DNA of 62,000 bases from Lama guanicoe (GCA_013239625.1 MU053216.1:1700943-1762942), one strand, 5' to 3'; counted from the stretch's first letter, positions 13,288-25,964 are shown. Notes: a model not told the origin generated them from the sequence alone. Numbers and translations are program-made.

Positions 13288-14283
13288 GAGTGCACTGGTT
13301 TAAAGATGGTTTGTGCTGAACTCCAGTGCTGACCAGCTTCTGGTGGCAAAAAGCCACAAACAAACCGATAGGCAGCTGAATAAAGCATTTTGTTTGTTGC
13401 GTAGTCTCTTCTTGGCTGTTTCTTTTCCTCTCTCCCTAGTGAGCTCTGACTTCCCGGTGACCCTGGGAGCTGGAGGGCTCCCGGGGAGGCCCCGCTTGGC
13501 CCCTCAGTGCTGCGCGGGGAGCCCTGCCGGGGGCTGCTGCTGTGGTCTGGCCTCTTCATTCTGCAATTCCCTCTTTCATCTCCTTCAAAGCGAGCGACTT
13601 CTGATTCGTGCCATGGCGGGTCCTTGTGTTATCAGCGAGTCCTGACTGAGAGATTTGTCAGATAACGTGTGGGTCAGTAAGTAAGTTAAGATTCCCTGAG
13701 TGGAAAAGAAGGAGTTTTGCCCAACTTACACCACCTGCATAGTGGGTTCGAGCCGCCTTCAGTACCCTCAGCATTCCTGCCATTCGGCGAGCCGCACCTG
13801 CTACCTGCCCCCGCTTCTGAGGTCCAGGTGCCTTGTGGCGAACAGGACAGGCACGTTCCTGCCAGCAGAGTACATGGCTGCATCTGTAAAGCCAGTTTCT
13901 GAAAAGAATGTGTGTGCACACAGTCTTAAGGATAATCAGTCCAGGGCGGTGCGCAGGAAAACTGAGATGTTTGGGGCACGTGTCTTCTCAGCCGCCTCAG
14001 AGGGCAGCAGCTTGCACAAACTCCTGGGCTGATGGGCCGGTCACTGGAAGTGACTTCTTTCCTGTTTCTCCAGTGCTCCTCTTGACGTGAACAAAACCCA
14101 GGGCACTTCCATACTCATCATGCATTTCCTGGAACACCCGCATTACTCACGCTGCTGAGAACAAACTTAAGCCTGGGTTGAAATGTAATCAAGATGTGAA
14201 AATGTTCATATTCTTTGACTGGGCAATCCCAGACCCAGAATTTGTTTCAGAGTTTCTAGTAAGATGCATTTGTAGAGTGGTTG

Positions 14284-14468
14284 TTTTTTTAAAATATATT
14301 TTTATCGAAGTGGAGTCAGTTTACAAGGTTGTGTCAATTTCTGGTGTCCAGCACGGAGCGTCCGTCATACGTGCACACACATGTATTTGTCTTCGTGTTC
14401 TTTTTCACAGTAAGTTACTACAAGACATTGAATGTGGTTCCCTGTGCTGTACAGTAGGAACTTACTGT
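14284..14468 (-). mobile_element. 5'-truncated L1 3' end, probably inserted in an older L1ME-like fragment (~14195-14790)
   Basis: TTTTTATCGAAGTGGAGTCAGTTTACAA...GTTCCCTGTGCTGTACAGTAGG aligns by eye with the L1 tails at 23342-23594 (reverse complement) and 55770-56257. Confidence 0.85.
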
Positions 14469-15842
14469 AGGGTTATTTTGATGGTCTCCCCAACTCAAGA
14501 GAAAAGCCTTATGTCTCACAGAAGGAACATTAAAAAAAAACTGTGGAATTTTATCAGATGGAGTATTTAGCATTGAAAATGATGTGTGAAGTGTCAGGCA
14601 ACATGGAAAGATATAAAGCAAAAAGGACAACACCCTGAGCAGCGTGTATACTGCAAATGTGATTTAAAATTACGTGCGTGTGCGGGTAAGGAGTGATGCT
14701 GTGGGTTCGGTGTGAGGGCAGCGTTATGCCATGAGCACCTTTTTCTTCCTTTATACTGATTCCATTAATGTTGCTTAATATTTGTACAAAAATAAAACAA
14801 AACCATCCGAGTTAAAGCATCCATGCTGCACTTGACTTAGGAGTGACTGTTGATGTACGCAGGCAGACGTCTGCCCTGTGACATCGAACCCAGAGTATGG
14901 AGAAGGTGGTGAAAGCAAGAGACACAGCTGAAAATGAACGCTGAACTTTCTTACTTTTCAGCTGGGCTCTGAATGACCGCGGTGATGCCGGGAAGCATCA
15001 GTGGGCACCACGTTGGGACGTACTGCCAGGAGGCTGATCCGGGGTGTGCTCTTTGAGGTTGTTGGGGTCCCACATTCAACGAGTTGTGTGGATTGTATCA
15101 ATACAATCTTTCATCCCCTAGATGACTCAGGGTAAACTCAGATCCTGGATGCGATGCCCGTAAGTCACATGGCTGGACTATAAAGCCAACCAGCAACTCA
15201 GGGAACTCTGAGAGGACAGCAGCTACGTTACGTGGGGGGTACCAGCAGTGAGGTGAGGGGTCTGCATCCAAGTTCACACTTCTGATTTTAAAAAAAGCTC
15301 CCATTAAGTGAAACCTTTCCCTGAGAATTCAGATTTAATGAAATACTAGAGTATCCTAAAGTTATGCGGTTAGGGCAAAATGAAGAAATTTGGAGTTTCT
15401 ATAAATTCACTTTTGAGTTAGGGAATTGAGTAATTTCACTGCACCAGGGATAGTTAAGAAATATGACAGGACATTTATAGATGCTTGTTAGGTTGAATAG
15501 ACTTGCAGAAGACGCTGTAGCTGGAATCCTGCAGTTTTTAATACCTTAATTAAAAAAAAAAACAGTGTAGGAATACAGGCCATACCTTAAATTTGGGAGG
15601 GGTTTGAACTTTGAATATTTAAGATCTTCCTTCGAATCCATCTAGAATGGAAAGACTTGGATCGTTCGTCCATGGATAGATTATAATAAAGTCAGTTACT
15701 TAGAAAGCCTTTTACCAAATCTCACTTAAACGCAGAATTCCGCATTGTCACACGCAGCCTGGAGCAAGCCGTCCGGCAGCATTTTGACGTGTGCCTTCCT
15801 GCAGCCGGGCATAAGCTGCTTGCCTCGCCCCTGGAGCTGGCG

Positions 15843-15995
15843 TTCGCTTAGTCATCCGTTCACTCTTAAGGATTTGAATATCTTCTAGGTACCAGGCCCC
15901 GCGTCAGGTGCTGGAATACGCTGATAAACTAGGACCGCCAAGGTTCTTGCTCTCCTGGAAGTAAGCTTTTAGTGGGAGGGGGCAGACAAAGACTA
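15843..15995 (-). mobile_element. L2 3'-end fragment
   Basis: TCATCCGTTCA...CCAGGCCCCGCGTCAGGTGCTGGAATAC...CTTTTAGTGGGAGGGGGCAGACA follows the reversed L2 terminus pattern. Confidence 0.55.
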
Positions 15996-16311
15996 GCAAT
16001 CCAGATAACTGGGTTGTGATCAGCACTGGAGAATGGACGGGTGGTGAGGCGGTGAGAACGGAGGGGTGTGCTCTGGATGAGTCTCTGGAAAGAGACGAGA
16101 TGCTTCTTGGACACTGCCTCTTCCTGACGGTCCCAGGAGCAGCCCCTGAGCCCATTAGTGTGCGCAGCTGAAATGGTGAATCAGCGGTGGGGGAGAGTAA
16201 GGGGGGTGGGGGATGTGCTCAAAACCTATTAGTCAGCTTGACCAAGAATCTCCTGCAACTCCAGCACGACTGAATCTACAGAGACAGTCTTCGTAGCCCC
16301 AGTTTGGTTCT

Positions 16312-16374
16312 AATTTTTTTTTTATCTTGGTGGGGAGGAGGTAATTACGTTTATTTATTTTTTTAGAGTAAGTA
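16312..16374 (-). mobile_element. 5'-truncated, headless vic-1-like SINE
   Basis: Only the T-tail, GGGGAGGAGGTAATTACGTTTATTT and junction remain; TSD CCCCA(G/A)TTTGGTTCT at 16297-16311 and 16375-16389. Confidence 0.8.
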
Positions 16375-16579
16375 CCCCAATTTGGTTCTGTTAATATTTT
16401 AGCCATCTTTTTTTTCTTAGCCATCTTTTAAATGTAGCATCTGCACCTAAATTTTAACAATTTTTAAATACAGCATGTAAGCAGCCAGCATCCACTGTCG
16501 GGCAGAGTCTCCTGACTTGTTAAGGCAAGTGCGCATCACAGCTGTGCTTTTATTGCGATGCGCTCTGTTTATTTGTGCG

Positions 16580-16660
16580 CTGATCCATTGATTATTCAAC
16601 AGATACTTGTTGAGAACCTGCTAGGTCCTGGCGACGCTGCAGAGAACAGAATGGACGGCC
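16580..16660 (-). mobile_element. L2 3'-end fragment
   Basis: ATTCAACAGATACTTGTTGAGAACCTGCTAGGTCCTGGC matches the reversed L2 tail. Confidence 0.6.
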
Positions 16661-17949
16661 TCTGGTTGACACTTGGTTTCTTTTCCTTTCTGATTTTATC
16701 CTAATATTCTGCTCATGTCACTGCTTAACGTCCTCTTTGGAAGACAATCTTCACGTGATGTAAATAGATCGATGCTGTGTTCTGCCACACTCAAACACTG
16801 AAGCATTTTTACTGCCAGTGGTTTTATTCCTCGGGATGTGGGCGGTTTAACTTTTATTAGGGTGATGTTGGTGTGCTAGATACTCAGCTCTCTGGGCCAT
16901 TAGAGCCTCCTCTTTGTTTAGGGGCGTATAACTACTTGTCCCTGACGGATCGTGCGGTCCTGACACAGCCGGAGTGAGGCCCCAACTCCAGCACCATGAG
17001 ATAAATCATTTCCACATTCTTGCTTAAGTGGCCATTTTAGTGCGAGAAGCACATTTTCTGTCGAGAGCCCGCGCCAGTGTCTCCTTGACCCAAGGTCGCA
17101 ACAGTTTTTGAGCAACACAGGTAGGAGGGTTTAGGAAGCGCCTGAGAGATAAGAGCAAATCCTGTAGAATTTAAGGGTTTCCTTGGAGGAATTACTGACA
17201 TTCATTTGAAACGGTTTAGTTCGCGTCTATCAGTCACGACAGCGGGGACTGTCCCCCTCTCCTCTCCTCGCTGACCCCCCCGGGACGACTGCATCCTAGT
17301 TCTCAGCGTTAGCGCAGCAGTGAGCGTGTTTCTCTATACAGATTTCTGAGCTTGCGTGAACGTTCTGATCTCAAGACGATGAAACAGGCATGTAGAATTT
17401 AGTCAATTTTTCCCCCTTTCTAATGCTTTTTATAACAAAACATGTCTCCTTTCACGTGTGAACATTAATGACCAATATCTGCACGACAGAGGTGCATCCC
17501 CTGCCCTGTCTGTGGGGACGACTGACCCCTTCCGGGGGCTGGGCGGGGGGAGAGCAGCTCCTCCTAGGATGTGAAATTCTGTTTTTGAGAAACAAACATC
17601 AAAACAAAGGTCTCACAGCTGTGGACTCTCCTCCCTGTGGGTCCAGTATCCAAAGTCTAGTCTAGGAGGGGCTTACTTGCAGAGCCTGGGGTGGCTGCAG
17701 GGGCGGGACCCACAGGTTTCCACAAACCATGTCCTCTCTGGAAGGAGGAAGGGTTCAGGATACAGACCACTCCCCCCACCCCCAACCGATTTCTTTAGGA
17801 GAGGGCCCGGGACTGGGGTCTTCCGGAGAAGAGCCGCGTGCCTGTACAGTCTCATGGCGTCTGATGGTGCCACAGTCCCCAGCATCTGCCTGTACCCCGA
17901 CGGGCTTCCTGAGTCCTGTTAACAGCTCTGCAATATTCCATTAGGGACG

Positions 17950-18140
17950 TGACCCATAATTAATATATTTTCTATTATTGGGCACCTGGGTTGATTCAGA
18001 TTTTGTAGTGAACATCTTTTTTCTTCCGCATCATCTCTGAAGCTCAGTTTTCAGCAATGAGGTGACTGTGTCAGAGGGAAGAGGCGTTCCTGTGACGCTT
18101 GATACGCTTGATACACATTGTTAAGTTGCTTTACCAAACG
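17950..18140 (-). mobile_element. Old L1ME-like fragment
   Basis: CTATTATTGGGCACCTGGGTTGATTCAGATTTT...GTAGTGAACATCTT; contains a 9-bp tandem duplication of ACGCTTGAT. Confidence 0.5.
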
Positions 18141-20051
18141 TCTGACCTTTTTCTTTGTACGACGTGGAAGGTGACTCATCAGCCGTGAGCCCGTGCTTAC
18201 ATCTGGGGGCAGTTACTTTTATTCCCATGTTAGGCAGACAGGGATGTTCTGCGCACATCTGACTTTCTTCTACTTGCCTTCATGACACAGAGCTGACTTG
18301 TTGAGAAAAATGTCCCGGCAGTGGGACATTCCAAGCAACAGAGCCATCACTTTTGAGGAGTTTGGACTCATCCCAATTTCATAATCAGTTCCCAGAGTTG
18401 TTCATATTTCTCTTGGCAGAGCTATCTGTCGGCGTGGTCAAAGGCAGCCGAGTGGCTGACGTCATGGGGTGAGCTGCTCAAGGTACCTATTTTAGCATCA
18501 GGTTGGCATCCTGTGGCCAGGTGTCTGGGTATTTTGAGAGAAGTAATTTTGAAAAGTAATTTGCAATTCATAACTGTGAAGAGCAGCAGAAGAGCCAGAT
18601 GCAGGCCCTCTGTGGAAATTCTGCCCCCCACCCCGGCCCCCAAATACCGACTGGAGGACGCTCACGAGGTCGGGGGGAATCACAGGCACCACAGGGAAGT
18701 CAGCTTGCCTCGGTGTGGCCTGTGCTTTGGAGCAAATTGCTCTTCCTGGCTTCCCCCTCTGACAAGCAAGAATGTCGGAAACGAATCCCAAAGTCCCTAC
18801 AGTTTTTTAGGTTCTCTGTCGGGTGGGTGACTCCGGCTGTATCTTTATTTTTGTGGCCAAAGATGTCATGCCCCTGCTCGCCGGTGCTTCTGTCAGGCAA
18901 CAGCAGGAAAGCACAGGGTGCGCAGCACGACCGATGCTCAACTCATCATTTCCACTGGCAGGCCCGGCGGCGCGTCTGGTTAGGACTAAAGGCTGAAGCT
19001 GTCTTCACTACCTGTGGCTTGAATTTACCCAGGTCCTCCCTGCTCCGCCTTCATGTGTCAAAGATAAAACCACGGGGGAAAGCAGCACTGACTCCCGTCC
19101 ACCAGGTTAAGAGGAGCTTGACCCAGTCTCTGGGGCTGCTCTGGAATTTACTGGCCATTACTCGGTTTGCTGACTGCAAAAATTTTAGCATAAAAAATAG
19201 TGCCCTCAGCACATCTTCAAACATGAAGGCCACCAGTATTATATTTAGCATAGCATTTTGAAAATCTAAAGGCAATTTGATAAGGAAGACAGGCCATTTG
19301 GGGAAGGCGTAAAGGGTGAACGTGGGGGCAGGGTTCACTCTCTGTTAGCGATGCTGAATTGTTTTTCAGGCAGCCTGTTAGGAAGGCAGTTGCTCCCAGT
19401 TCCCCCTCAGGAGGCCTGGCCTGAATCGTGAAGCAGTCTGGACACTTTCACACATCTCTCTGTAGCTGCCCTTGGGATCTTCTGTTGGTGCTGGAAACCC
19501 CACCTTGAGAGGCGAGGTGAGGGTCGCTGCGGCTGAACTTGAACAGTTTACCTGACCTCTCTGTTTCCGTTCTGTTGTGCAGGATGGAACCCAGGCAGGC
19601 AAAGCGCCCAGCTGCCCCCTGCAAGTGAGAATACTGTACTTGGGGGGGCCCAGGTCTGCGCCCCTCCCTGGGAAGAGCTGGGGGCCCGCGGGGCCCAGGC
19701 CGGCGGGGCCGGGCTGTGGGAAGGAGTTCTCAGCACCAAAAAGCCATCCACGCTCTTCACTCAAATTCAGCTCTTTTTTTTGAGTGCCAGGTGCTGTTCA
19801 GGTGCTAGGAGTACTGCCGGGAACAGACAAAGGCCTGCCCTGCTGGGGGAGACAGACAATAAACAAGCAGACGTGAGATATCAGATGGAGAGAAGTGCTA
19901 TGAAGGAAAGGCAGAGTGGGGAGCCGGAGTGCTGGCTGGAGGGATGGGCTTTTCGGGAGGGTGTTCGGATCAAATAAGATTGGATCAGCCCCTCCCCTGG
20001 GAAGTCACAGGAGTTCATCCTGGAGGAAGTGGGCAGAGGAGGCTCTGGGGT

Positions 20052-20166
20052 GGGGGGCGCAGAGCTCAGTGGTGGAGCGTGTGTTCAGCATGCACGAGGT
20101 CCTGGGTTCCATCCCCAGCACCTCCACTAAATAACTAAACCTAATTACCTCCCCCTCCAAAAAAAG
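20052..20166 (+). mobile_element. vic-1-like SINE
   Basis: AGCTCAGTGGTGGAGCG...GCATGCACGAGGTCCTGGGTTCCATCCCCAGCACCTCCA followed by AAACCTAATTACCTCCCCC and an A tail. Confidence 0.95.
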
Positions 20167-20504
20167 AATACCTGGGCAAAGACGTCCCAGAGAGCACGCA
20201 GTGTGAGCAAAGGCCCAGAGGCAGCGGCCTTCTAGGTACCGTCCACTGCAGAGGCCAGCGTTGCGGCTGCGGGGAGTGGACACGGAAGAGACCGGGGTAG
20301 GGACTGACCAGAGAGGTGGGTGGGGTGGCCAGGTCTTACAGAGCCATGAAAGTTATGATAGGACCTTGTTTGGCTTTTATTTTGGGTAGGAAGGGAAGCC
20401 CTGGAGAGTTCTGAGCAGAAGAGTGACATCGTCTGACTTCACGGGCGCGTTCATAGTGGAGGTGGGGCCGGGAAGGGTGGGTGGATGGGGGCAGGTCTCT
20501 TAGA

Positions 20505-20712
20505 GCTGTGCCTTCCAGGACGGCGCCACCAGCCACGGGCAGCTATTTTAATGTAAATTAATTTTTTGTTAATTAAAAAATTTCATCAGTTGTACCACCC
20601 ATGTTTCAAGGGCTCACTGCCCACGTGTAGCGTAGTGGCCACTAGTGGCCACTGCACTGGACGGCGGGGTGTGAATCTTCTGTCCCCACGTCGTGCTCTC
20701 CTGCGTGGGTCT
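20505..20712 (-). mobile_element. MER3/MER33-like hAT-Charlie DNA transposon relic
   Basis: CACCAGCCAC..GCTATTT, an AT-rich core, then TTTCAAGGGCTCACTGCCCACGTG..TAGTGGCCAC..TGGACGGC. Confidence 0.75.
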
Positions 20713-23144
20713 CAGGCCTTTGCGGGGGCTGTGGCTTTACTCTGGGTAAAGGGAAAGCCACGGGGAGGTTTCAGGCAGAGGAGGGACATGCTCCGGGTTC
20801 TGATTTCAAAAGACCCCTGGGGCTGCCGTGTTGAGAACGGACTGTGAGGGGCAGCAGCAAAAGCAGGGGCGGGGCGTCTAGGTGCGGGATGGCTGTGTCT
20901 TGGTTGAGGTGGTGGTGGTGGTGGTGGTGAGAAATAGTTTGATTTCAAATATATCTTGAAGGCAGAATCGATGGGCTCTTCTGATAGAATTGGTGTGTGA
21001 TTTGAGATGAAGGTGGTAGAAGTGCTGTGGGTGGTGGGGGGGAGAGAAGGCAAAGCCCAGGGGACGAGGGTCCCCAGCATCCAGGCCCGGTGCGGAAGGC
21101 AGGGAGGGGGTCTGTGAGCCCTCCCAGTGACAGAAGACGAAGCAGGTGAGGGGCGAGACAGGTGTGCTGGAAGTCTCAGGATGCTGGAAGGTGAGCTGAG
21201 AGGAGAAACAGAAAGCAGTTGCTGGGCTGTGATGGGGCCCATTTGGACCTGGTGACCACGAGCCCACCTGTACTTGAGAGTTTCTCCAGTGGAGTCTGAC
21301 TATTCACATGCAAGTAAGGGGCAAGGAGGTGGCCAGGCCCCTCCAGGGCTGATGACTTCCTGGATGGATTGGTAGGAAATACAAAGGTGAGGGGGCTCAA
21401 GGGGTGGGTGAGCAGGGCATTACAGCAGATGGTGGAATTGAAACTGAATAAGGAGGGAAGTTGTAGATCAGGCAAGTTGGAAGCAGAGTCGCTTATCAAA
21501 GAGCTAGATGCCTGGCCAGGAATGTCACAGGTGGTGACAAGGTCAGGCCTTTGAAATCCAGGCAGATGTCTCCATCCTGGGCTGACTCGCCAAGTCTCAG
21601 AATCCCATGTGATCTCTCCGTGGACCCCACCTAGGCAGGTTTGTACCCAAAAGCCCCAGCGCGTGGGGTTGGGAGCCCAGAACCTTCGGCCACGTCCAGG
21701 CCAGCCACACACTGGCTGCGGAGCTGCGGGCCTTGAGGGAACGACCTTTCCTGTCCCTTCCAGCTCGAATGTGTGACGCCTCATTGCTATCACAGTCTTT
21801 TCCCAAACACCGACCTTCAGCGTGGACCCTGAAGCAGTGGCCTGTTAGCAACGTGCCATCTAGCAAACATTTATCTTGGAACAGTAAACTCTTGGCCAGC
21901 CGCCTTCCGGATCGCGTGACCACGTGGTCATCTGTGCCAGCAGCGTCTGGGCTCCGCGTCCTGCGGGTCCTGGGACGGCTGGGTCTCTGCTGTTTTCTCC
22001 AGCTCCCTCCACCTAACCAGCATCTATCTCTTTTAATCTTGTCAGCGCTCTGTAGGAGAGTCCTTCAGCAGAGATGACAGAGGCGAATCCGATGTTGTGA
22101 CCTGCAGATTCCTGTGAACCTCGGAACACTTTATGGATATGTGTTCAGGAGGGGTTCCAGGAGGCAGAGCCCCGGCCCGGCCCCACCCTGCTCCCTGCCA
22201 CCCCACCCCAAGGCAGAGAACCCAGACCAATCCAAGGTAAATTTTTAACAAGATGGTCTAGCTTGGGCTTTGTGGGCTTGGCTGATGAAGTAAGAGGTAG
22301 CTTTCAGCTAAAATAACCGCATTGTTTGCACAAGTTTCCTCCTTTGACTTTTCCAGGGTCATTAGAACCAGCTAACAGCCTTACCTGCTGTTTGAACGGG
22401 TAGAGCCTCTGGGGGGACAGAAAACAAAAGAAGGGTGTTGAAATGCAAATAGACCTCTCTGGGTTCCAAATAAAGCCAGAGCTGACATCGGCGTCCCCAC
22501 CAAGGTCTGTGGAAAGGCTTTAGAAAAATCTCACCCGGTGTGTTTCTTTTCACGCACTGGAGTCCCAAGGTAGGAAAGAAAAACAAAAACAAAATAAAAA
22601 CAAACAAAGGATTTCATACTTGGAATTTGCTCAGTGCCAGTTGAATAGCTAATTGTTTCTTGTTTTCGTTCCCTCCCCACCCCCGCCTTTTTTTCTGCCT
22701 GAATAGATAATCCGTACAAAACATCCATTCATTCTACAAGTGAAAATTTCAGGAGTACTCGATACTGACCTTGGCAAGACTAATGGACCGAGATTGAGTG
22801 ATGGATTTGTGTGTGTCGTGGCTGACGTGCATTTTGGTGCTGTGTAAGCCAGTTCAAGAAAATTTCAGCAACAGGATAGGAAGATTTACGGGGATCTTAA
22901 TTAACGAATACGATGAAGGCTTGAATTTGTAGATAGAATTCTAAGACACAACATTATTTTTATAGCTTGTTTTTGTTGCTTCAAGAAAGGACCTGCTGAT
23001 AATTAACAGTGGCTTCCTCTTCTGTTTCAGTGTTCCCCCTCATTGACACATAGACGATTATTTTTAAGGGAAATAAAATAAGGACTTACCCTGTGACAGC
23101 CTAGCGAAAATACGCTGTATCAGAGTTTTAATTGCTACATTAAA

Positions 23145-23220
23145 TATGGGTTCTTATCTGATTTCTGCTATGAACTAGCTGTACGACTTTGGGTAAGTCA
23201 TTTAGCTCATTTTTGGGTAA
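23145..23220 (+). mobile_element. MIR fragment
   Basis: ACTAGCTGTACGACTTTGGGTAAGTCATTTA resembles the MIR core. Confidence 0.55.
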
Positions 23221-23341
23221 CTTATAACATTGAAATGACAACCATGTGATAGTGAAAAAAATTGTCAAAGTGTTTTAATGTCCCATGAGAAAGGCCCAGT
23301 CAGAAACCACTGCTGGGTTGGTTTTTTAACTGAAAACATCT

Positions 23342-23594
23342 GTCGAGATTTACAAATAGTAAGTACTATATATAAAGTAGATAAACAAGTTCATACCGTA
23401 GAGCACAGAGAACGCTATGCAATACCTTGTAGTCACCTGTTACGAAAAAGGGTGTGAAAACAAATATATGTCTGTACATGTATGACTGAAACATGATGCT
23501 GGACACCAGAAACGGGCCCAACATTATAAACTGACTGGACTTCAATGGAAAAAAAAAGAAAGAAATTAGGAATGAAAATTAAAAAACAAAAGAA
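23342..23594 (+). mobile_element. 5'-truncated L1 3' end with A-rich tail
   Basis: TACTATATATAAAGTAGATAAACAAG...ACATTATAAACTGACTGGACTTCAAT plus A tail; TSD GAAAACATCT at 23332-23341 and 23595-23604. Confidence 0.85.
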
Positions 23595-23884
23595 GAAAAC
23601 ATCTCATCTTAGTGAACCTAAGCTTTAGTACGTTAGTTTGTTTTTTTAAGCTGTCATTTTTTTCAGGTGCTTCTGAACTCTTCAGTTTGTTCACGGAAAG
23701 AAATGCCGTTAATGTAGGATGGCTACGTAGCAACGTCTTCTGGTGAAACACTCTCTTCAGTCCTGACACGCAGTCCCGAACTGTTGGCTCCGTAGGGTCA
23801 GGACCTGCAGACCGGCCCCCTGGCTGTCAGCAGCTCAAACACAGGGCGGCACCAACTCGGATACACGCACAGCCCGGCAGAGCC

Positions 23885-24290
23885 TGCACAGGCCGCCGGT
23901 CTGGATGCGGCTCCGCCAAGTTGCGGGGGCGGGGGGCGCGGGGCGCGGGGCGCGGGGCGGCCGCGCCTTCGCAGAAGGCAAAGGTCAGGGAGCGGGACCC
24001 GCGCGCGCAGACCGCCTCAGACGGCCGAAGCCGCTAACCCGCGGGCCAGCCGCCCCCGCCGACCGCGGCTGCGCGGGGAGACGGCTGGCGCTCCGGCGCG
24101 GAGGTGCGCGTGCCGCGGGGGCGAGCGGAAGCCGGGCTGCGCGGCGGAGGCGCCCTGCCCCGGTCCCAGCGGCTCGCGTTTCCCTCTGCAGAAGAGCCGA
24201 GGCTGTTGACTTTCCCAGGGGTTGCAAAGCCCGTTGCAGAGAGGAGAAGGGCGCCGTGCGGACGTGTCGGCGTGAGACGCCAGCGAGGCG
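23885..24290. promoter_or_regulatory. CpG island-like element with tandem GC boxes (candidate promoter or enhancer)
   Basis: Very dense CpG; GGGGGCGGGGGGCGCGGGGCGCGGGGCGCGGGGCGG (SP/KLF-like, G-quadruplex capable) at ~23925-23960; nuclear-receptor half site CAAAGGTCA at ~23979; GCGGAAGC ETS-like motif. No repeat origin recognised. Confidence 0.55.
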
Positions 24291-25019
24291 CACTTTAAGG
24301 AAGACAAACGCATTCGTCTTTGGATAATCGGAAGCTTATGCAAGAACAGGGCGTTTGATTTCAGACTGAGCGTTACGTGTGCAAAGTTTCACTTGAACAG
24401 GGTGAATCTGGGTTATTGTTTGCCCTATTACTCCACCTCGCTCACTGAGAGGAACCTGTTAACCAAGTTGCCTTACTAGAGTGTAGAGAGGTTAGGTGAT
24501 GATCAGAGATCAGACCCCCAGCTTTTCAGAAATGTGCGTTACAGTTTAGTAACTTGACTTTCCAAGAGGGAGGCTAACCTGGGCTGAGTACAGGGCACCG
24601 TCCCTGGGTTTCTGTGGGTGCTGTAAATAGACCCAGCAATACAGTGAATTCTCTGCAGATTTTTCAAAAGTGCGTGTGTTTTAAGGAAATGGAGGCACCC
24701 GTTTTATTGCTCACTTTCCCAGGACAGCTTATCAGTACCAGCTTGAGATTTTGAATTCTGACTTCTTGGTGGACATCACTTGGCTCTCTCACTAATACGT
24801 TAAACTTTCTAATATGGAATTCACTTTTTTTTTGTCCTTTTAATCGTACAGCCAGCCTCTCACCATTAAAAAAAAGAAAAAAGTATCATTTTAAACCCCC
24901 ATTCTTTCAGCCTTCTTTCTACTCTCCAGCTGGTCCTGAAATCCTTTCGGTTTTTCGCTCTGTGTCTAGCATCTCTCTTCTGATTCCCACTAAACACTGT
25001 ACCATATTCCCATCACTCA

Positions 25020-25750
25020 ACGTTAACAACTGTTAGCATTTTTGTCATGTCTGTCTCGGGGTTTTTAATGAAAGGAAACATTGGAGATAAAGTCAAGCTC
25101 CCTGTGAACACCAGTTCCTTCCCCTCCCTCTGTCCTCACCTCACAGAGCCCATGTTCAGTGTGACATGTGCTTTTGAAGTATTTTATATATGCTCACGTG
25201 TACTCGTAATTAATACGTGGTATTGTTTTAGGAGCGCATACACCTATAGATGGATTCACGTGTATCTTCTGTGTTTGCTCACTTCCACTGAACGGTGTTT
25301 TTCAGACTGATCTGGGCATGCGTATATACACATCCTCGTTTTTAATTGCTCTCTGATATTTCATGGTGTGAATAATACCTCATTTTATTAATCAGTCCGT
25401 CAGTGGATGGGTAGATTGTTACATTTTTCACTGATACAGATTATGCTGTGTCACTTTCCCCGGGGTCGCACATGGGCAGTAGTTCCTTTGGCTGGATATC
25501 TAGACGCAGATTCTACATTGTGAATAGGCCCAACCTTGCTTTTAAGAGACGGCGCCAAATTGATTTTCAGCTGTTTGAAAACTGTTTCCCCAAATACTCT
25601 GCAATGCTTGTTGACTTATTTTTATTTATTAAAAAAAATTCTTTTTTCTTGTGATGAGAACTTCTAAGATCTGCTCTTGGCATCTGAGGGACTTGCAGCG
25701 TGGTGTCGGTGATGGAGCTGTCTGTGCTGCACGCGGCACCCTCAGCTGAT
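25020..25750 (-). mobile_element. Old L1M fragments (L1ME-like body plus an L1MA-like 3' end at ~25615-25750)
   Basis: TTTTTAATTGCT..ATATTTCATGGTGTGAAT...GGATGGG and TTGTGATGAGAACTTCTAAGATCT motifs. Confidence 0.6.
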
Positions 25751-25964
25751 GCCGGGCGGCTGCTGGCTTAGGGCGACGCAGTTCCTCTCGGGGTTTCTAG
25801 CCTCACTTGGGTCCGTTCTGCTCACTGAGCGCCCCGGTCAGACTGTCCCCCGGAATCCTCCTGGCCCAGGAGCCGCCCGGCCGCGTCTCACCAGAGTGAG
25901 CCACAATGCACATCCTCAGGCTCAGCTCTTACTTTTCTGTCCCTGCAACTTGATCGTGCTCTTC

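Larger units (their letters stand above)
19745..21050 (-). mobile_element. L2 fragments interrupted by a vic-1 SINE (20052-20166) and MER3 (20505-20712)
   Basis: L2 motifs GGGGGAGACAGACAATAAACAAG, AAGTGCTATGAAGGAAA and GGGAAGCC..GGAG.GTT.TGAGCAG..GAGTGACAT. The last motif occurs on both sides of the MER3 (~20370-20440 and ~20730-20800). Confidence 0.7.

Noticed and set aside
20634..20653. Perfect 20-bp palindrome AGTGGCCACTAGTGGCCACT
   Set aside because: Explained by a 10-bp tandem duplication of a self-complementary word inside the MER3 relic.
22045..22235. Plus-strand exon-like segment with branch point, acceptor and AAG|GTAAAT donor
   Set aside because: Stops in all three frames from the acceptor and no supporting neighbouring exons. 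Cannot be distinguished from a pseudo-exon.
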